The notes under the pieces: generated by a model
Told to the model about the DNA's origin: nothing
Database searches by the model: none
Seen by the model: the letters and a program-made list of their open reading frames with translations, nothing else
Part shown: piece after piece, positions 49,641 to 61,793 of the stretch
How the letters are laid out: each line of letters begins with the position of its first letter
Numbering within the stretch: position 1 is the first letter of the stretch
Assembly: GCF_036365525.1 (NCBI RefSeq)
Contig: NC_090393.1
Coordinates: forward strand, 54,576,488-54,640,487
Direction of reading: 5' to 3'
Length of the DNA stretch: 64,000 nt
Origin: Heterodontus francisci
Lineage: Eukaryota
Made by a program: the position numbers and the translations under genes

Positions 49641-50308
49641 TGCTCAGATATCATCCCTGTGTCATATGTTACAGCACCAGCAGGTGGCAATGTTGCACCA
49701 CATATACTTGGTAAACAGGAATGTGACAGACATCTTATCAAACTTTTATCTGTAAAAATAAGAACATTTTGAGGTTAAATATATCAGATTTTTATCAAGA
49801 TATGAACAAAGGCATTTGTCTCCAGATTAGCCACAATTATTTACTGCAAGCCTTTGTTACTTCCGAAATTGTCTTTAACTAAGATTTCCCGTTGCTTAGG
49901 TGAGGCCTGCAAAATCCTAACAACATAATCTAAATTTATGGCTCTCAAACACGGCTTCCGGACCCTGGGTCCGCAGTGACCTTCCATGCTGTCCGCGTTG
50001 CGGGGACAGCCTTAGAGGTGGACAGCCGCCCAGGGCACAGTACTCAAGGGTAAACAAGTGAGCGGCGATCGCAGCCGTGCTCTGCTCCCTCGTGCTCCTC
50101 TAGTGTTTTCTCCGTGATCTGCTTCACCCGTGATGCGATTCTCACCATGCTTCAGGTCTCTCTGGGCTCCTGCTAAGAATAGACAGACTATGCGGTGAGA
50201 AGCAGGCACTCCCATTTCTACCGGTCTGCTTAAAATCATTATTAAAACAATCTTTACATGCAACACTTTCATATTTTGAGCTTCATACAGTATTATAATT
50301 TACATGGT

Positions 50309-51200
50309 AGGCAAGTAACATTCGCACCGCACAACTGCCAGGCAATGACCATCTCCAACAAGAGAGAATCCAACTATAATAATAAAGCAAAATACTGCGG
50401 ATGCTGGAAATCTGAAATAAAAACAAGAAATGCTGGAACCACTCAGCAGGTCTGGCAGCATCTGTGAAAAGAGAAGCAGAGTTAACGTTTCGGGTCAGTG
50501 ACCCTTCATCGGAACTAACCAAGAGAATCTAACCATCTTCCTTTGACATTCAATGGCATTACGATCGCTGAATCCCCCACTATCAACCTCCTGTGGGTTA
50601 CCATTGACCAGAAATTGAACTGGAGTAGCCACATAAATACCGTGGCTACAAGAACAAGTCAGAGGCTAGAGATCCTGCAGTGAGTACTCACCTCCTGACT
50701 CCCCAAAGCCTGTCCACCATCTACAAGGTACAAGTCAGGAGTGTGATGGAATACTTTCCACTTGCCTGGATGGGTGCAGCTCCAACAACACTGCAGAAGC
50801 TCAACACCATCCAGGACAAAGCAGCCCACTTGATTGGCACACCATCCACAAACATTTACTCCCTCCACCATCGACGCACAGTGGCAGCAGTGTGTACCAT
50901 CTACAAGATGCACTGCAGCAACGCACCAAGGCTACTCAGGCACAACCTTCCAAACCCACGACCTCTAACAGCTAGAAGGACAAGAGCAGCAGATGTGTGC
51001 GAACACCACCACCTGCAAGTACCCCTCCAAGCCACACAACTTCCTGGAAATCCCTTCTTAACAGCACTGTGGACGTACCTACCCTACATGGACTTCAGCG
51101 GTTCAAGAAGGCAGTTCACCATCACCTTCTGAAGGGCAATTTGGGATGGGCAATAAATGCTGGCCTGGCCAGCAGCACTCATATTCGATGAAGTGAATAA
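50309..51200 (+). mobile_element. LINE family B 3' fragment, interrupted by a ~145-bp Penelope-derived insertion (50375-50521)
   Basis: Family B RT end and tail. The insertion is flanked by AGAGAATCYAAC at 50363-50374 and 50522-50533. Confidence 0.85.
50480..50516 (-). ncRNA. Minimal hammerhead-ribozyme-like motif (Penelope-associated), with one core variant
   Basis: Minus strand AGTT-CCGATGA-A-GGGTC-ACT-GACCC-GAAA-CGTT-AACT gives stem I AGTT/AACT, stem II GGGTC/GACCC, and GAAA. The core reads CCGAUGA instead of CUGAUGA. Confidence 0.65.
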
Positions 51201-51354
51201 ATGGTGGGGGTTGTGGTCGTGATTACTAATCCATTGAAAAGGAGTCCTTCAGTGAAAAAGGTTTGAGAACCACTGGACTCGAGAAATTGGGGCTGCTCTC
51301 CTTAGAGTAGAGCACGTTAAGGAGAGATTTGATAGAGATGTTCGTGAAGGTACA

Positions 51355-54080
51355 CAAAGCAAAATACTGAGGATGCTACAAATCTGAAAGAAAAACAGAA
51401 AATGCTGATATTAATCAGCAGGTCTGGCAGCATCTGGAGAGAGAAACAGAGTTAACATTTCACATTAATGACCTTTCACTAGAACTGGGAAACGTTGGAA
51501 ATGTCAATGATTTTAAGTAGGTCAAATGCAGGTGGGCATAAAAGAACAAAATGGAAGGTTTGTGATAGGGTGGAAGATGGGAGAGATTGAATGTCAAAGG
51601 AGTTGGTGAGGTAGAGCAAATGGGAGTAGTAATGGGACAAGTAAAGAAATAAAAGATGTGTCCAGAGGAGGTGAGAATGGCAGCATAATGAGCAGCTACA
51701 ATCCAAAAGCAAAAACAAAAGAGAAAGAAGAGTGAAAAACTAGATTACAGAAGAAACATGCAAAGAAAAGGAGTCCAAATGGGGGGGGGGGGGGCGGGTG
51801 GGGTTGGGGGGGTGGGGGGGGGGGTGCAGAGATTACAGTCAGGAATTGTTGAAATCTGTATTGAGTCCAGAAGGCTGTAGAGTGACTAATTGAAAGATGA
51901 GGTGTTGTTCCTCAAATTCGCATTGAGCTTCATTGGAACACTGCAGTGGACAAAGATGTCAACATGACAGCAAGGTGCTGAATTAAAGTGACAGAACACT
52001 AGAAGATTGGGGTCATGCTTGGGGACAGACTGGTGGTGCTCTGTAAAGTGTTCACCCAATCTGCATTTGGTCTCCCCAATGTAGAGCAGATCGCATTGTG
52101 AGCAGCGTAAACAGTTGCTAGGTTGAAAAGAAAGTATACATAAATTGCTGTTTCACCTGGAAGGAGTGTTTGGGGCCTTGGACAGTGAGGAGAGAGGAGA
52201 TAACAGGGCAAGTTTTACATCTCCTGTGATTTCATGAAAAGATGCCGTGGGAAGGGGATGGGATTGTTGGGGTGATAGAGGAGTGGACCAGGGTGCTGCA
52301 GAATGAATAGTCCCTCTAGGATGCGGAAAGGGGAGAAGATGTGTTTGGTTGTGGCATCACGCTGGAGGTGGCAGAAATTGTGGAGGATGATCCATTGAAT
52401 AAGGAGGCTGGAAGGGTGGAAGGTGAGGACATGGGGAAAAATATTATGGTTCTGGGAAGGTGGGGAAGTGGTGAGAGCAGAAGTTTGGGATATGGGTCGG
52501 ATATGGTTGAAGGCCCTGTCAACTATAGTGGGGGGAGAATCCTTAGCTGAGGAAGAAGGAAGACATATTAGAAGCACTGGTGCAGAAGGTTGCATTACCA
52601 GAGTGGATGCAATAGAGACACAGAAACTGGGAGAATGGAATGGTGTACATAATGGCAGCAGGGTGTGAGGAAGTTAGTTGAGGAAGCTGTGGGAGTCAGT
52701 GAGCTTAGAATAAATATTTGCTGATAGCCTATCACTATAAATGGAAACAGAAAGGTAGAGGAAGGGAAGGGGAGTTTGAGATGGACAATGCGAAGGTGAG
52801 AGATGGGCAGAAATTGGAAGCAAAGTTGGTGAACCTTTCCAGTTCAGATCAGGAGCAGGGAATGACATTGATATAATCATCAATGTAGCAGAAAAAGAGT
52901 TGAGGGAGGGGATCCAGGTAGGACTGGAACAAGGAATGCTCTACATATTCCATAAAAAGGCAGGCATAGCTAGGACCAATGTGGGTACTCATAGCATCAC
53001 CTTTTATTTGAAGGAAGTGAGATGAGTTAAAGAAGAAGTTGTTCAATGTGAGAACAAGTTCAAACGGGAAAAGGAGGGTGAAGGTTATTGGAGCTCCATT
53101 TAAAGAAGAAGTGGAGATGCCTCAGACCCTCCTGGTGGGGGATGGAGGTGCAGAGAGATTGGACATTCCTGGTGAAGAGAAGATGGTTAGGGCCAGGAAA
53201 TTGGAAACGGCTAAAGGGTAGTGGGCATCAGAAGAATCACAGATGTAGGTGGGGAGAAACTGGCAAGAGAAGAAAAAATAGAGTCAAGATAGGAAGAAAT
53301 CAATTCAGTGGGGCAGGAACAGGTTGAATTAATAAGTCTCTTCTGGTAATCCAGTTTGTGGATCTTGGGAAGCAGATGGGTGTGTGCAGTTTGGGGTTGG
53401 GGAACTATGAGGTTGGAATAAGTGAGGGATGATCTCCAGTCCTGGGAATACTGGTTTGGTGTTCGGTGGTGTGGTCATGGTGCAGGGGGAGGTAGGAGGA
53501 AGTGTCAGAGAGTTGGTGTTCAGCATCTGCTAGGTAGAGGTCAGTTTGTCAGACAACAACAGCACCATTCTTGTCAGCAGCTTTGATAATGATGTTAGGG
53601 TTGGACCTGAGAGAACAGAATGCAGTCAGTTCAGAGGGAGATAAGTTGCAGAGTGTGGGAGCAGAGAAATTGAGATGACTGATGTCCCGCTGTCTCCATG
53701 AACAGATGGGGGGGGGGGGGGGGGGGGCGGACCAGAGGAAGGGGCCCAGATGGAGGGAGAATACTGGAGATGGGTAAAAGGGTCCACTGTATAAAGGGAG
53801 CATTCCTGGCCAAAGAAGTAGGCACAGAGGCAAAGACAATGGAAAAAGAGCTCAACAACGTGCCGAGCTCGAAAATCTTTGAGGTAGGCTATAAGAGAAT
53901 AAAGCTGAACCCTTTACTAAGAACTGATTGTTCAGGGTCAGAGAGGGGAATGTTGGAGGATATTGTGAATATACGGCAAGAGGTGAGATTAGAAGATGGG
54001 ATGGGGTCAGAAGGAAGTGAAGGGGAAGAAAGATCTGGAAGGACATTAGTACCCATGAGTTGTTGGAGCCTTAACACCTG
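51355..54080 (-). mobile_element. Degenerate Penelope-like retroelement (RT plus GIY-YIG endonuclease)
   Basis: Minus-strand fragments IKAADKNGAVVV, QIKGDAMSTHIGPSYACLFMEYVE and YIDD, plus a YIGET..RLGE.F.EH GIY-YIG-like motif near 52035-52085. The terminal repeat at ~51355-51490 is homologous to 50375-50517. Confidence 0.88.
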
Positions 54081-55024
54081 GAAGGAAGATAAAAAGTTCT
54101 TGAAGGAGTTTGATAGAGTGGATAAGCAGCAAGTCTTTCCAGTGGCAGAAGGTTCGGCAACCAGAGGTCACAGATTTAAGGTAATTTGGGAAAAGAAAAG
54201 AAGGGCAGAGAGGGAAATAAATGCGCAACGAGTTGTTTTGATCTGGAATACACCAGCTGAAAGATTGGTGGAAGAAGATTTAATAATAAATTTCGAAAGA
54301 AAATCTGATAACTTCCTGAAGGTGGGAAATATAGAGAGTTCTGGAGAAAGGCGAGGGCAGTGGGTCTAATTTGATAGCTGCTTCACAGAGCCGACATAGG
54401 CACCATGGGTCGATTGGCCTCCTTCTGTGTTGTATCCTTCCCTGATTCTATGCACTTATGAGACACTATCTGCAACCACGATGGCCTGTGCTCTCTGTAC
54501 TGATTGATTCGTTACATCTTGCTTTCGTCTGCACCTTTCAGCTGGATAATGAAAATGGTACTTCTTTCAATTGTTCATAGACCCGTGCAGACCAGCCGTA
54601 TGGTTAATTATTAGTTATCAACATTGAAAGTGTTTGTCTGAATTTTTGATGCTATTCTTAAACGAGGAAATAATGGAATTTCGCACAATGGTTCCGACAG
54701 TAATATTTCACAGATGATTTCACCTGCCGTTTTTCATATCCATCACAATTCTAATTAACAACTGTTATATTTGACTCATTTAGCCTTCATTCTTCAATCC
54801 ATGGACATGACATTCAAAACCTCCCCTTTCCTCTGACCTTAAATATCTCGCTCAGACTCATTAATAAAACTTCTTGCGAAAAGTTCCATTTCCTCGTCCA
54901 TACTTTTCTGACAAAGCTTAACTCAGCAAGGCTTCCCAAGACTGCCCACAGGGCACTATTGGCACCTCCCTCCAGGGCAGGATAGAAATAAACCCTTTCT
55001 ATGTATTTGTCCATTCATTTTCAC

Positions 55025-55052
55025 TATCTATCTATCTATCTATCTATCTATC
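55025..55052. repeat. (TATC)n microsatellite
   Basis: About 7 TATC units. Confidence 0.95.
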
Positions 55053-55377
55053 CCTGATTTCAACAAGGAGAGTGCTCAATCTCCTTAATTCTTCGTTGTG
55101 CATAAATCAAATCTCAACTCATACTTTGCTCATCGAATGTGCGCTTCCCGAGGACCCCATAGCTATTAAAGCATTTACTATGCTCAGGCTTTCCTCTATT
55201 ATAACCTTTACCCTTCTAACACCCAAACATAATCGTTGTTTCATGTCTCGCTGCGCCGTTTGTTTTGCCGTTTTCAATCATTCTCGTCATTGACGTTTTG
55301 TTTCTCTTTTTCTAAAATGGCTGACATGCGCGTAATTCAAATATCAGTCAACACAGGACATGGGATCCCGTGACCTG

Positions 55378-55447
55378 ATTTACATGAATGGAAATTTGCA
55401 TGTAAATTTAATATTCAACGACGTTGCGAAGGTTGAAGCTTTTTAAG
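55378..55447 (+). promoter_or_regulatory. Ig light-chain V promoter: octamer ATTTGCAT plus variant octamers and a TATA-like element
   Basis: ATTTGCAT at 55394-55401, ~125 bp upstream of the ATG. ATTTACAT at 55378-55385, ATGTAAAT at 55400-55407, and TTTTTAAG at ~55440. Confidence 0.85.
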
Positions 55448-55524
55448 GAGAGTTTTAGAAAGAGCACAGAACTACATTCGTGTCAGGAACTATCCTCCAT
55501 CAGACCCTCACTAGAACCTTCACC

Positions 55525-55573
55525 ATGACTGAATGGGTTCAAGTTCTTGCCGCACTGATGCTCTGTCTCCACA
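55525..55573 (+). CDS. IGL: Ig light chain exon 1 (signal peptide MTEWVQVLAALMLCLH)
   Basis: Kozak CACCATGA, hydrophobic leader, and a phase-1 donor GTAAGT at 55574. Confidence 0.93.
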
Positions 55574-55717
55574 GTAAGTACCGGCGTTAACCTTCATTAT
55601 CGCTGCTGTTTGCATTGCTCGGAATTTTTTTTTTGTGCTTGTGTTTAACAGACCTGAATTAGCAACAATATTCACAATTGCAGAGTTTGACTGATCAATA
55701 ACTTGTTATTTCACCAG

Positions 55718-56065
55718 GTACAAACGCGGATCCTGTCCTGACTCAGCCAGGATCCATCTCCACCTCCCTGGGGAGCACCGTCAAGATCACCTGTACCATG
55801 TCCGGAGGCAGCATCGGCAGCTACTACACGAGCTGGTACTGGCAGAAACCCGGCAGTGCCCCGGTGTTTGTTTGGTACGAGAGCTCCGTTGGAGGTTCTG
55901 GGATTCCAGATCGATTTACCGGGTCTGTGGAGTCATCGAGTAACAAGATGCATTTAACCATCACCAATGTGCAATCCGAGGACGCCGCCGATTATTACTG
56001 TGCTGCCTGGCGTAGCAGTACAAATCCATTTATTTTCGGGAGAGGAACCAAGTTGAACATGGACA
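55718..56065 (+). CDS. IGL: Ig light chain exon 2: germline-joined VJ, cartilaginous-fish lambda (type II)
   Basis: Acceptor TTTCACCAG. Translation (S)TNA-DPVLTQPGSISTSLGSTVKITCTMSGGSIGSYYTSWYWQKPG...EDAADYYCAAWRSSTNPFIFGRGTKLNMD. V and J (FGxGT) are contiguous with no RSS. Phase-1 donor GTAAGT at 56066. Confidence 0.96.
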
Positions 56066-56860
56066 GTAAGTAAATTATTTGCACTGTCATTTAACATTTG
56101 CAGCGTTAACATCGAAATACCAAAAAAATCACTTTAAAATCATGAGTTGATAGATTGAATGAGAGCAAATCAAGACTATTTCTCTTAAAATATATTTACG
56201 CAGAGCTTGTGAATCAGTGGCATTTAAGAGATAGGCACAAATGCGCCCGATTTTACGCAGGGTTTTCAGGCTGTAAGAGAGGACAGGGGCAATTTTTTAA
56301 GATGACACCAGTGCTGCAAGGTTTTAGTTACAAGAGAACGAGAGTGAAGCTCGGTCGACTGGAAGCTTACGGAATGATCTGCTAGAAATGAGCATAGTTC
56401 TGAGCCATATTGTTACAGCAAAATGAAAACAGATCACTGATCGGTCAGTCGGTAACCTGAGGACATCAATTGAATGTCATTGGTAGAAGGGCGAAGGGAC
56501 TGGATAGGATATTTTCTTTACCCAGTGGAGTGTTAGGACTGCAGTGTCCTACCTCTAAGAATGGGGCGAGCAGAATCAGAGAATCGTTGAAAAAATGGAT
56601 AAATCTTTGACAAAGGAAAAACAAATGGATGGGAAATGGACTAAGTGGGCGCCTTTCAAAGGGTGCGAATGGCCTGTTTCTGTGCTCGATGAGTATATGA
56701 ATCTCACAGGGTCTTTCAGACCGGAATACCGCGGCCCTTATAGGCTCAAAAGGCAAAAACACATATACAAAACTTTCATTCTACTTAGAATAGTACCGGA
56801 ATTTAATCACCATTCTTGGATTGAGACTGCGGAAGGATAGTGTGGCGACTTGCTGTAAGT

Positions 56861-58550
56861 CAAAGAACAAAGAACAAAGAAAATAACAGCACAGGAACAG
56901 GCCCTTCGGCCCCCCAAGCCTACGCCGCTCCAAATCCTCTATCTAAACCTGTCGCCTATTTTCTAAGGGTCTGTATCTCTTTACTTCCTGCCCATTCATG
57001 TATCTGTCTAGATACATCTTAAAAGATGCTATCATGCCCGTGTCTACCTCCTCCGCTGGCAATGCGTTCCATGCACCCACCACCCTCTGCGTAAAGAACC
57101 TTCCACGCATATCCCCCCTGAACTTTTCCCCTTTCACTTTGAACTCGTGTCCCCTTGTAATTGAATCCCACATTCTGGGAAAAAGCTTCTTGCTATCCAC
57201 CCTGTCTATACCTCTCATGATTTTGTACACCTCAATCAGGTCCCCCCTCAACCTCCGTCTTTCTAATGAAAATAATCCTAATCTACTCAACCTCTCTTCA
57301 TAGCTAGCGCCCTCCATACCAGGCAACATCCTGGTGAACCTCCTCTGCACCCTCTCCAAAGCATCCACATCCTTTTGGTAATGTGGCGACCAGAACTGCA
57401 CGCAGTATTCCAAATGTGGCCGAACCAAAGTCTTATACAACTGTAACATGACCTGCCAACTCTTGTACTCAATACCCCGTCCGATGAAGGAAAGCATGCC
57501 GTATGCCTTCTTGACCACTGTATTGACCTGCGTTGCCACCTTCAGGGAACAATGGACCTGAACACCCAAATCTCTCTGTACATCAATTTTCCCCAGGACT
57601 TTTCCATTTACTGTATAGTTCACTCTTGAATTGGATCTTCCAAAATGCATCACCTCGCATTTGCCCGGATTGAACTCCATCTGCCATTTCTCTGCCCAAC
57701 TCTCCAGTCTATCTATATTCTGCTGTATTCTCTGACAGTCCCCTTCACGATCTGCTACTCCACCAATCTTAGTGTCGTCTGCAAACTTGCTAATCAGACC
57801 ACCTATACTTTCCTCCAAATCATTTATGTATATCACAAACAACAGTGGTCCCAGCACAGATCCCTGTGGAACACCACTGGTCACACGTCTCCATTTTGAG
57901 AAACTCCCTTCCACTGCTACTCTCTGTCTCCTGTTGCCCAGCCAGTTCTTTATCCATCTAGCTAGTACACCTTGGACCCCATGCGCCTTCACTTTCTCCA
58001 TCAGCCTACCATGGGGAACCTTATCAAACACCTTACTGAAGTCCATGTATATGACATCTACAGCCCTTCCCTCATCAATCAACTTTGTCACTTCCTCAAA
58101 GAATTCTATTAAGTTGGTAAGACATGACCTTCCCTGCACAAAACCATGTTGCCTATCACTGATAAGCCCATTTTCTTCCAGATGGGAATAGATACTATCC
58201 CTCAGTATCTTTTCCAGCAGCTTCCCTACCACTGACGTCAGGCTCACCGGTCTATAATTACCTGGATTATCCCTGCTACCCTTCTTAAACAAGGGGACAA
58301 CATTAGCAATTCTCCAGTCCTCCGGGACCTCACCCGTGTTTAAGAATGTTGCAAAGATATCTGTTAAGGCCCCAACTATTTCCTCTCTCGCTTCCCACAG
58401 TAACCTGGGATAGATCCCATCCGGACCTGGGGACTTGTCCACCTTAATGCCTTTTAGAATACCCAACACTTCCTCCCTCCTTATGCCGACTTGACCTAGA
58501 GTAATCAAACATCTGTCCCTAACCTCAACATCCGTCATGTCCCTCTCCTC
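56861..58550 (-). mobile_element. Young 5'-truncated CR1 (family A) in the J-C intron, antisense
   Basis: Uninterrupted RT ORF (56943-58559), nearly identical to 12120-13726. (CAAAGAA)n tail at ~56861-56880. Confidence 0.95.
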
Positions 58551-59864
58551 CACTCTCACTCGTCTCCAAACTCAATGAAAACCGCTCAGTACATGATTCT
58601 CAGTCCGACATTTCGCATTAATCCCCGCTGACTGTAGTAATCACACTGATGAGCTAAATTCAGCTGGTCCACACTGATCGATTTTCTGCATTCCGCAATA
58701 ACAAACATCAATAACTGACATGATGCCTATTTTCTTAACAAGTCAGGGGCTCATTGTCTTCCCGCCCAATCAATTGTGTTGCAATGTCTCGGAATCGGTA
58801 TCAGATTCTTCCTGCTGCTCTTGCGCTTTGCTGTAGGTTCTGTGGTTAGCGTGAGAGGAGTAATATGGAAAATGCACATACTCTATCGCTATTTTGATTT
58901 GGTTATTCGGCGGCATCACAGCGAAATGGGCTAAAATGAGATATAAAACAGAACATGCCACAGAATAGTTTCAATTATTCCTCTTCGAAAAGATCGCTGC
59001 TCCAAACGGTTATTGTTCGCTGCTTGCTCGCCCCAGTCCGAAAGGACCATAGGCATCTCTGCCCATTAGAGAGACACTTAATGATACATAGTTGAGGATC
59101 ACCAAACCCGAAGCATGCGGTAAGCCGAGGAGACAGACTTACATAAACTAACAGCCACTGAAGCGATTGAAACCGCGCTGTTGGCATCTTCTAGCATCCA
59201 GCCGGCTCAGCTAATCAACGCCCAGTTCCAGCAACATTCTCGTATTTAGACAATAATATAAATATTAATTGAGTAAAAACTGCTCAATCATCCCACTTGA
59301 TTTCAATTATTTCAGTATCTGAATTTTCAGCTAAACTCCGGGAGATGCAAGGAGATTATACCAACTCTGACAACAGGGGTTGGAGGCACTTGTCAGACTA
59401 ATCGCAGTTTTAGTCTCCAAATTAATAACGCCAGGAAAGTAAGGCGAAGTTGTTGGTTCCAAGGCTAAACTCTTAGAATGGCAATATATTATTAAACCGT
59501 CACCGGCACATCTGGTACTGTTGAGACACGCCGACGGAGCTGACATCACTCAATGTTAGAAGATGCTCAGCCTCTCAGTTTAAACATTTAAAAGAAGTAG
59601 TGTTTCAACCATTTCTTCATTTCTTTACATTACACAAATCATTTTACCAAGGGTTTGTCATTGGCAGCGGGTGCTTGTAATATAAGATGCGAAGGGTCAT
59701 TTAAAAGAGACATGAGATTGTGACAGTTCGGCTTTAATCTTCTTACACTTGGTAATATTTCATTGCTTCCATTATGAGAATATTTTTATTTAAGAATAAG
59801 AAAAAAAAACAACTTGCTTTGTTAGAGCGCCTTGCACGACCTCAGCACATCTGAGAGCGCTTCA

Positions 59865-60380
59865 TATTTAAAGAAGGATGTAAATGCGTTGGAGGCAGTT
59901 CAGAGAAGATTTACGAGACTAATATCTGGAATGGGCAGCTGTCTTATGAGGAAAGATTGGACAGGCTAGGCTTGTATCCGCTGGAATTTAGAAGAGTAAG
60001 AGGCGACTGGATTGAAACATCGAAGATCCTTAGGGGTCTTGACAGGGTGGATGTGGAAAGGATGTTTCCCCTAGTGGGAGAATCTGGAACTAGGGATCAC
60101 TGTTTAAAAATAAGGGGTCGCACATTTAAGACAGAGATGAGGGGAATTTTTTCTCTCTCAGAGGATGTGAATCTTTGGAATTCTCTTCCTCAAAAAACGT
60201 GGAATCAGAGTCTTTTGAATATTTTTAAGGCAGAGGTAGATAGATTCTTGATAAGCAAGGGGGTGGAAGGTTATCGGGGGTAGGTGGAAATGTGGAGTAA
60301 TCAGTTATTGAATGGTGGAGCAGGCTCGAAGGGCCAAGTAGCCTACTCCTGCTCCTAATTCGTATGTTGTATGTATGTAT
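59865..60380 (+). mobile_element. CR1 3' fragment in the J-C intron
   Basis: RLGLYPLEFRRVRGD..ET.KILRGLDRVD, similar to 49130-49640. Confidence 0.85.
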
Positions 60381-61258
60381 GGACAATTTCGTGTTTTTTT
60401 AAAGGACAGTCGGCATTTGTAATGTAAGAATCGAGGCAGTCTATTGAAGTCCCACAAACTTGACAAGCCTGGTAATCTGTTTTAACGATGTCAGTTGAGG
60501 GATGAATATAAACCAGGCCCATGTTGGCTTTATTACTTGCATATTGAGGTTATATCATTAGACAATATAGATATAATTGTTTACAATAACAGTTGTTATT
60601 TAGAGGAAACTTTCTGTATAGTGAAAACATATTAATTGTGACACTGACCCCAAAGAAGTCCCCAAACAGCGTAATTAGAATGTGATAGAACAGTCTTCTG
60701 AGGTTTTAGGCAATAGAGTCATCGTCGGACGAACGGGAAACCTTGTGGAAGCGACGAAGGAGCAAAACGACAGAAATCCAAATTATTAGCCCAAGATTCA
60801 CCACTTCCGTCAAAAGAAGTGCAAATTCGAAATTATTTAATAGTTTGTTAACAGTGATTTTTTTCAAATTCCATTGTTTGGCCTTAAATATTACAGAGTC
60901 TTTGCTGTCAGCATTGACTTCAATATAAATCCCTAATTCTGATTTATTGCTTATTACGCTTCTTTTAAATCTTTATATTATTTTCTGAGCTCATTATTTT
61001 GGTTAGATTCAATTTCCTCTTAAGAATTTGTATGTGTTCCTTGCCATGAAGGAAAAATAGGAATCTTTTCTCAGGTTATACATTTCCCGGGACTGTTGGC
61101 CCCAGCTGTTGGACTCTAACGGGATTCCGTTCTGTTAAACTCCTTATAGCTATTTAACGTGACGCGTAATTTTAAAAGTTTTGAAAAATTTACAACATTG
61201 ATTCCGACTTTTCTGTGGATGAAGAATGGATCTGCTTGAATTTATTTCTGATTTTCAG

Positions 61259-61581
61259 ATCCACGGGTCCCTTCGGTTTCGGTCCTTCCGCCTTCATCGG
61301 ATCAAATCGCAGCAAAGAACACGGCGACCCTGGTGTGTTTGGTGAGCGGTTTTAACCCGGGAGCTGTGGAGATTGAGTGGACTGTAGATGACAGTGTGAG
61401 AGGGAATGGTGTTGAGACCAGTCGGATCCAGCAGGAGACGGACAGCACGTTCAGTGTGAGCAGTTATCTGACTCTGCCAGCCTCAGAGTGGAACTCACAC
61501 GAGCTTTACTCCTGTGTGGTTAAACACGAGACACAGGCAAATCCGCTAAAAACAAGTATCTCGAGGTCCAGTTGTATCTGA
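61259..61581 (+). CDS. IGL: Ig light chain exon 3: constant domain
   Basis: Acceptor ATTTTCAG, phase 1. Translation (N)PRVPSVSVLPPSSDQIAAKNTATLVCLVSGFNPGAVEIEWTVD...YSCVVKHETQANPLKTSISRSSCI*. Both intradomain Cys, the Trp and the penultimate interchain Cys are present. The three exons total 720 nt = 239 aa plus stop. Confidence 0.96.
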
Positions 61582-61787
61582 TTCAAAATCCTATGTTTGT
61601 TATTCCAGCAGCAAAGTTTCTTTACAAATATATTCCGCAAACGGCCATAACATGCTTGTTATTAAGTGGAACATTTCAAATCAGAACATTGTGCAGTTTA
61701 TCCGGTGGATTCCGCTGTCTGTATTTTACAGTGTGTTCACCCTGAACTGATCAAAGTTTCAGTGTAACCTTACAAACATCGCTGTTC

Positions 61788-61793
61788 AATAAA
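61788..61793 (+). terminator. Polyadenylation signal of the IgL gene
   Basis: AATAAA ~210 bp after the stop, followed by a GT-rich tract. The position is conserved behind the pseudo-C (7917-7922). Confidence 0.8.

Noticed and set aside
55798-56073. ORF-track 91-aa and 82-aa (61333-61581) ORFs as standalone genes
   Set aside because: They are internal parts of the spliced VJ and C exons. The true boundaries are set by the splice sites.
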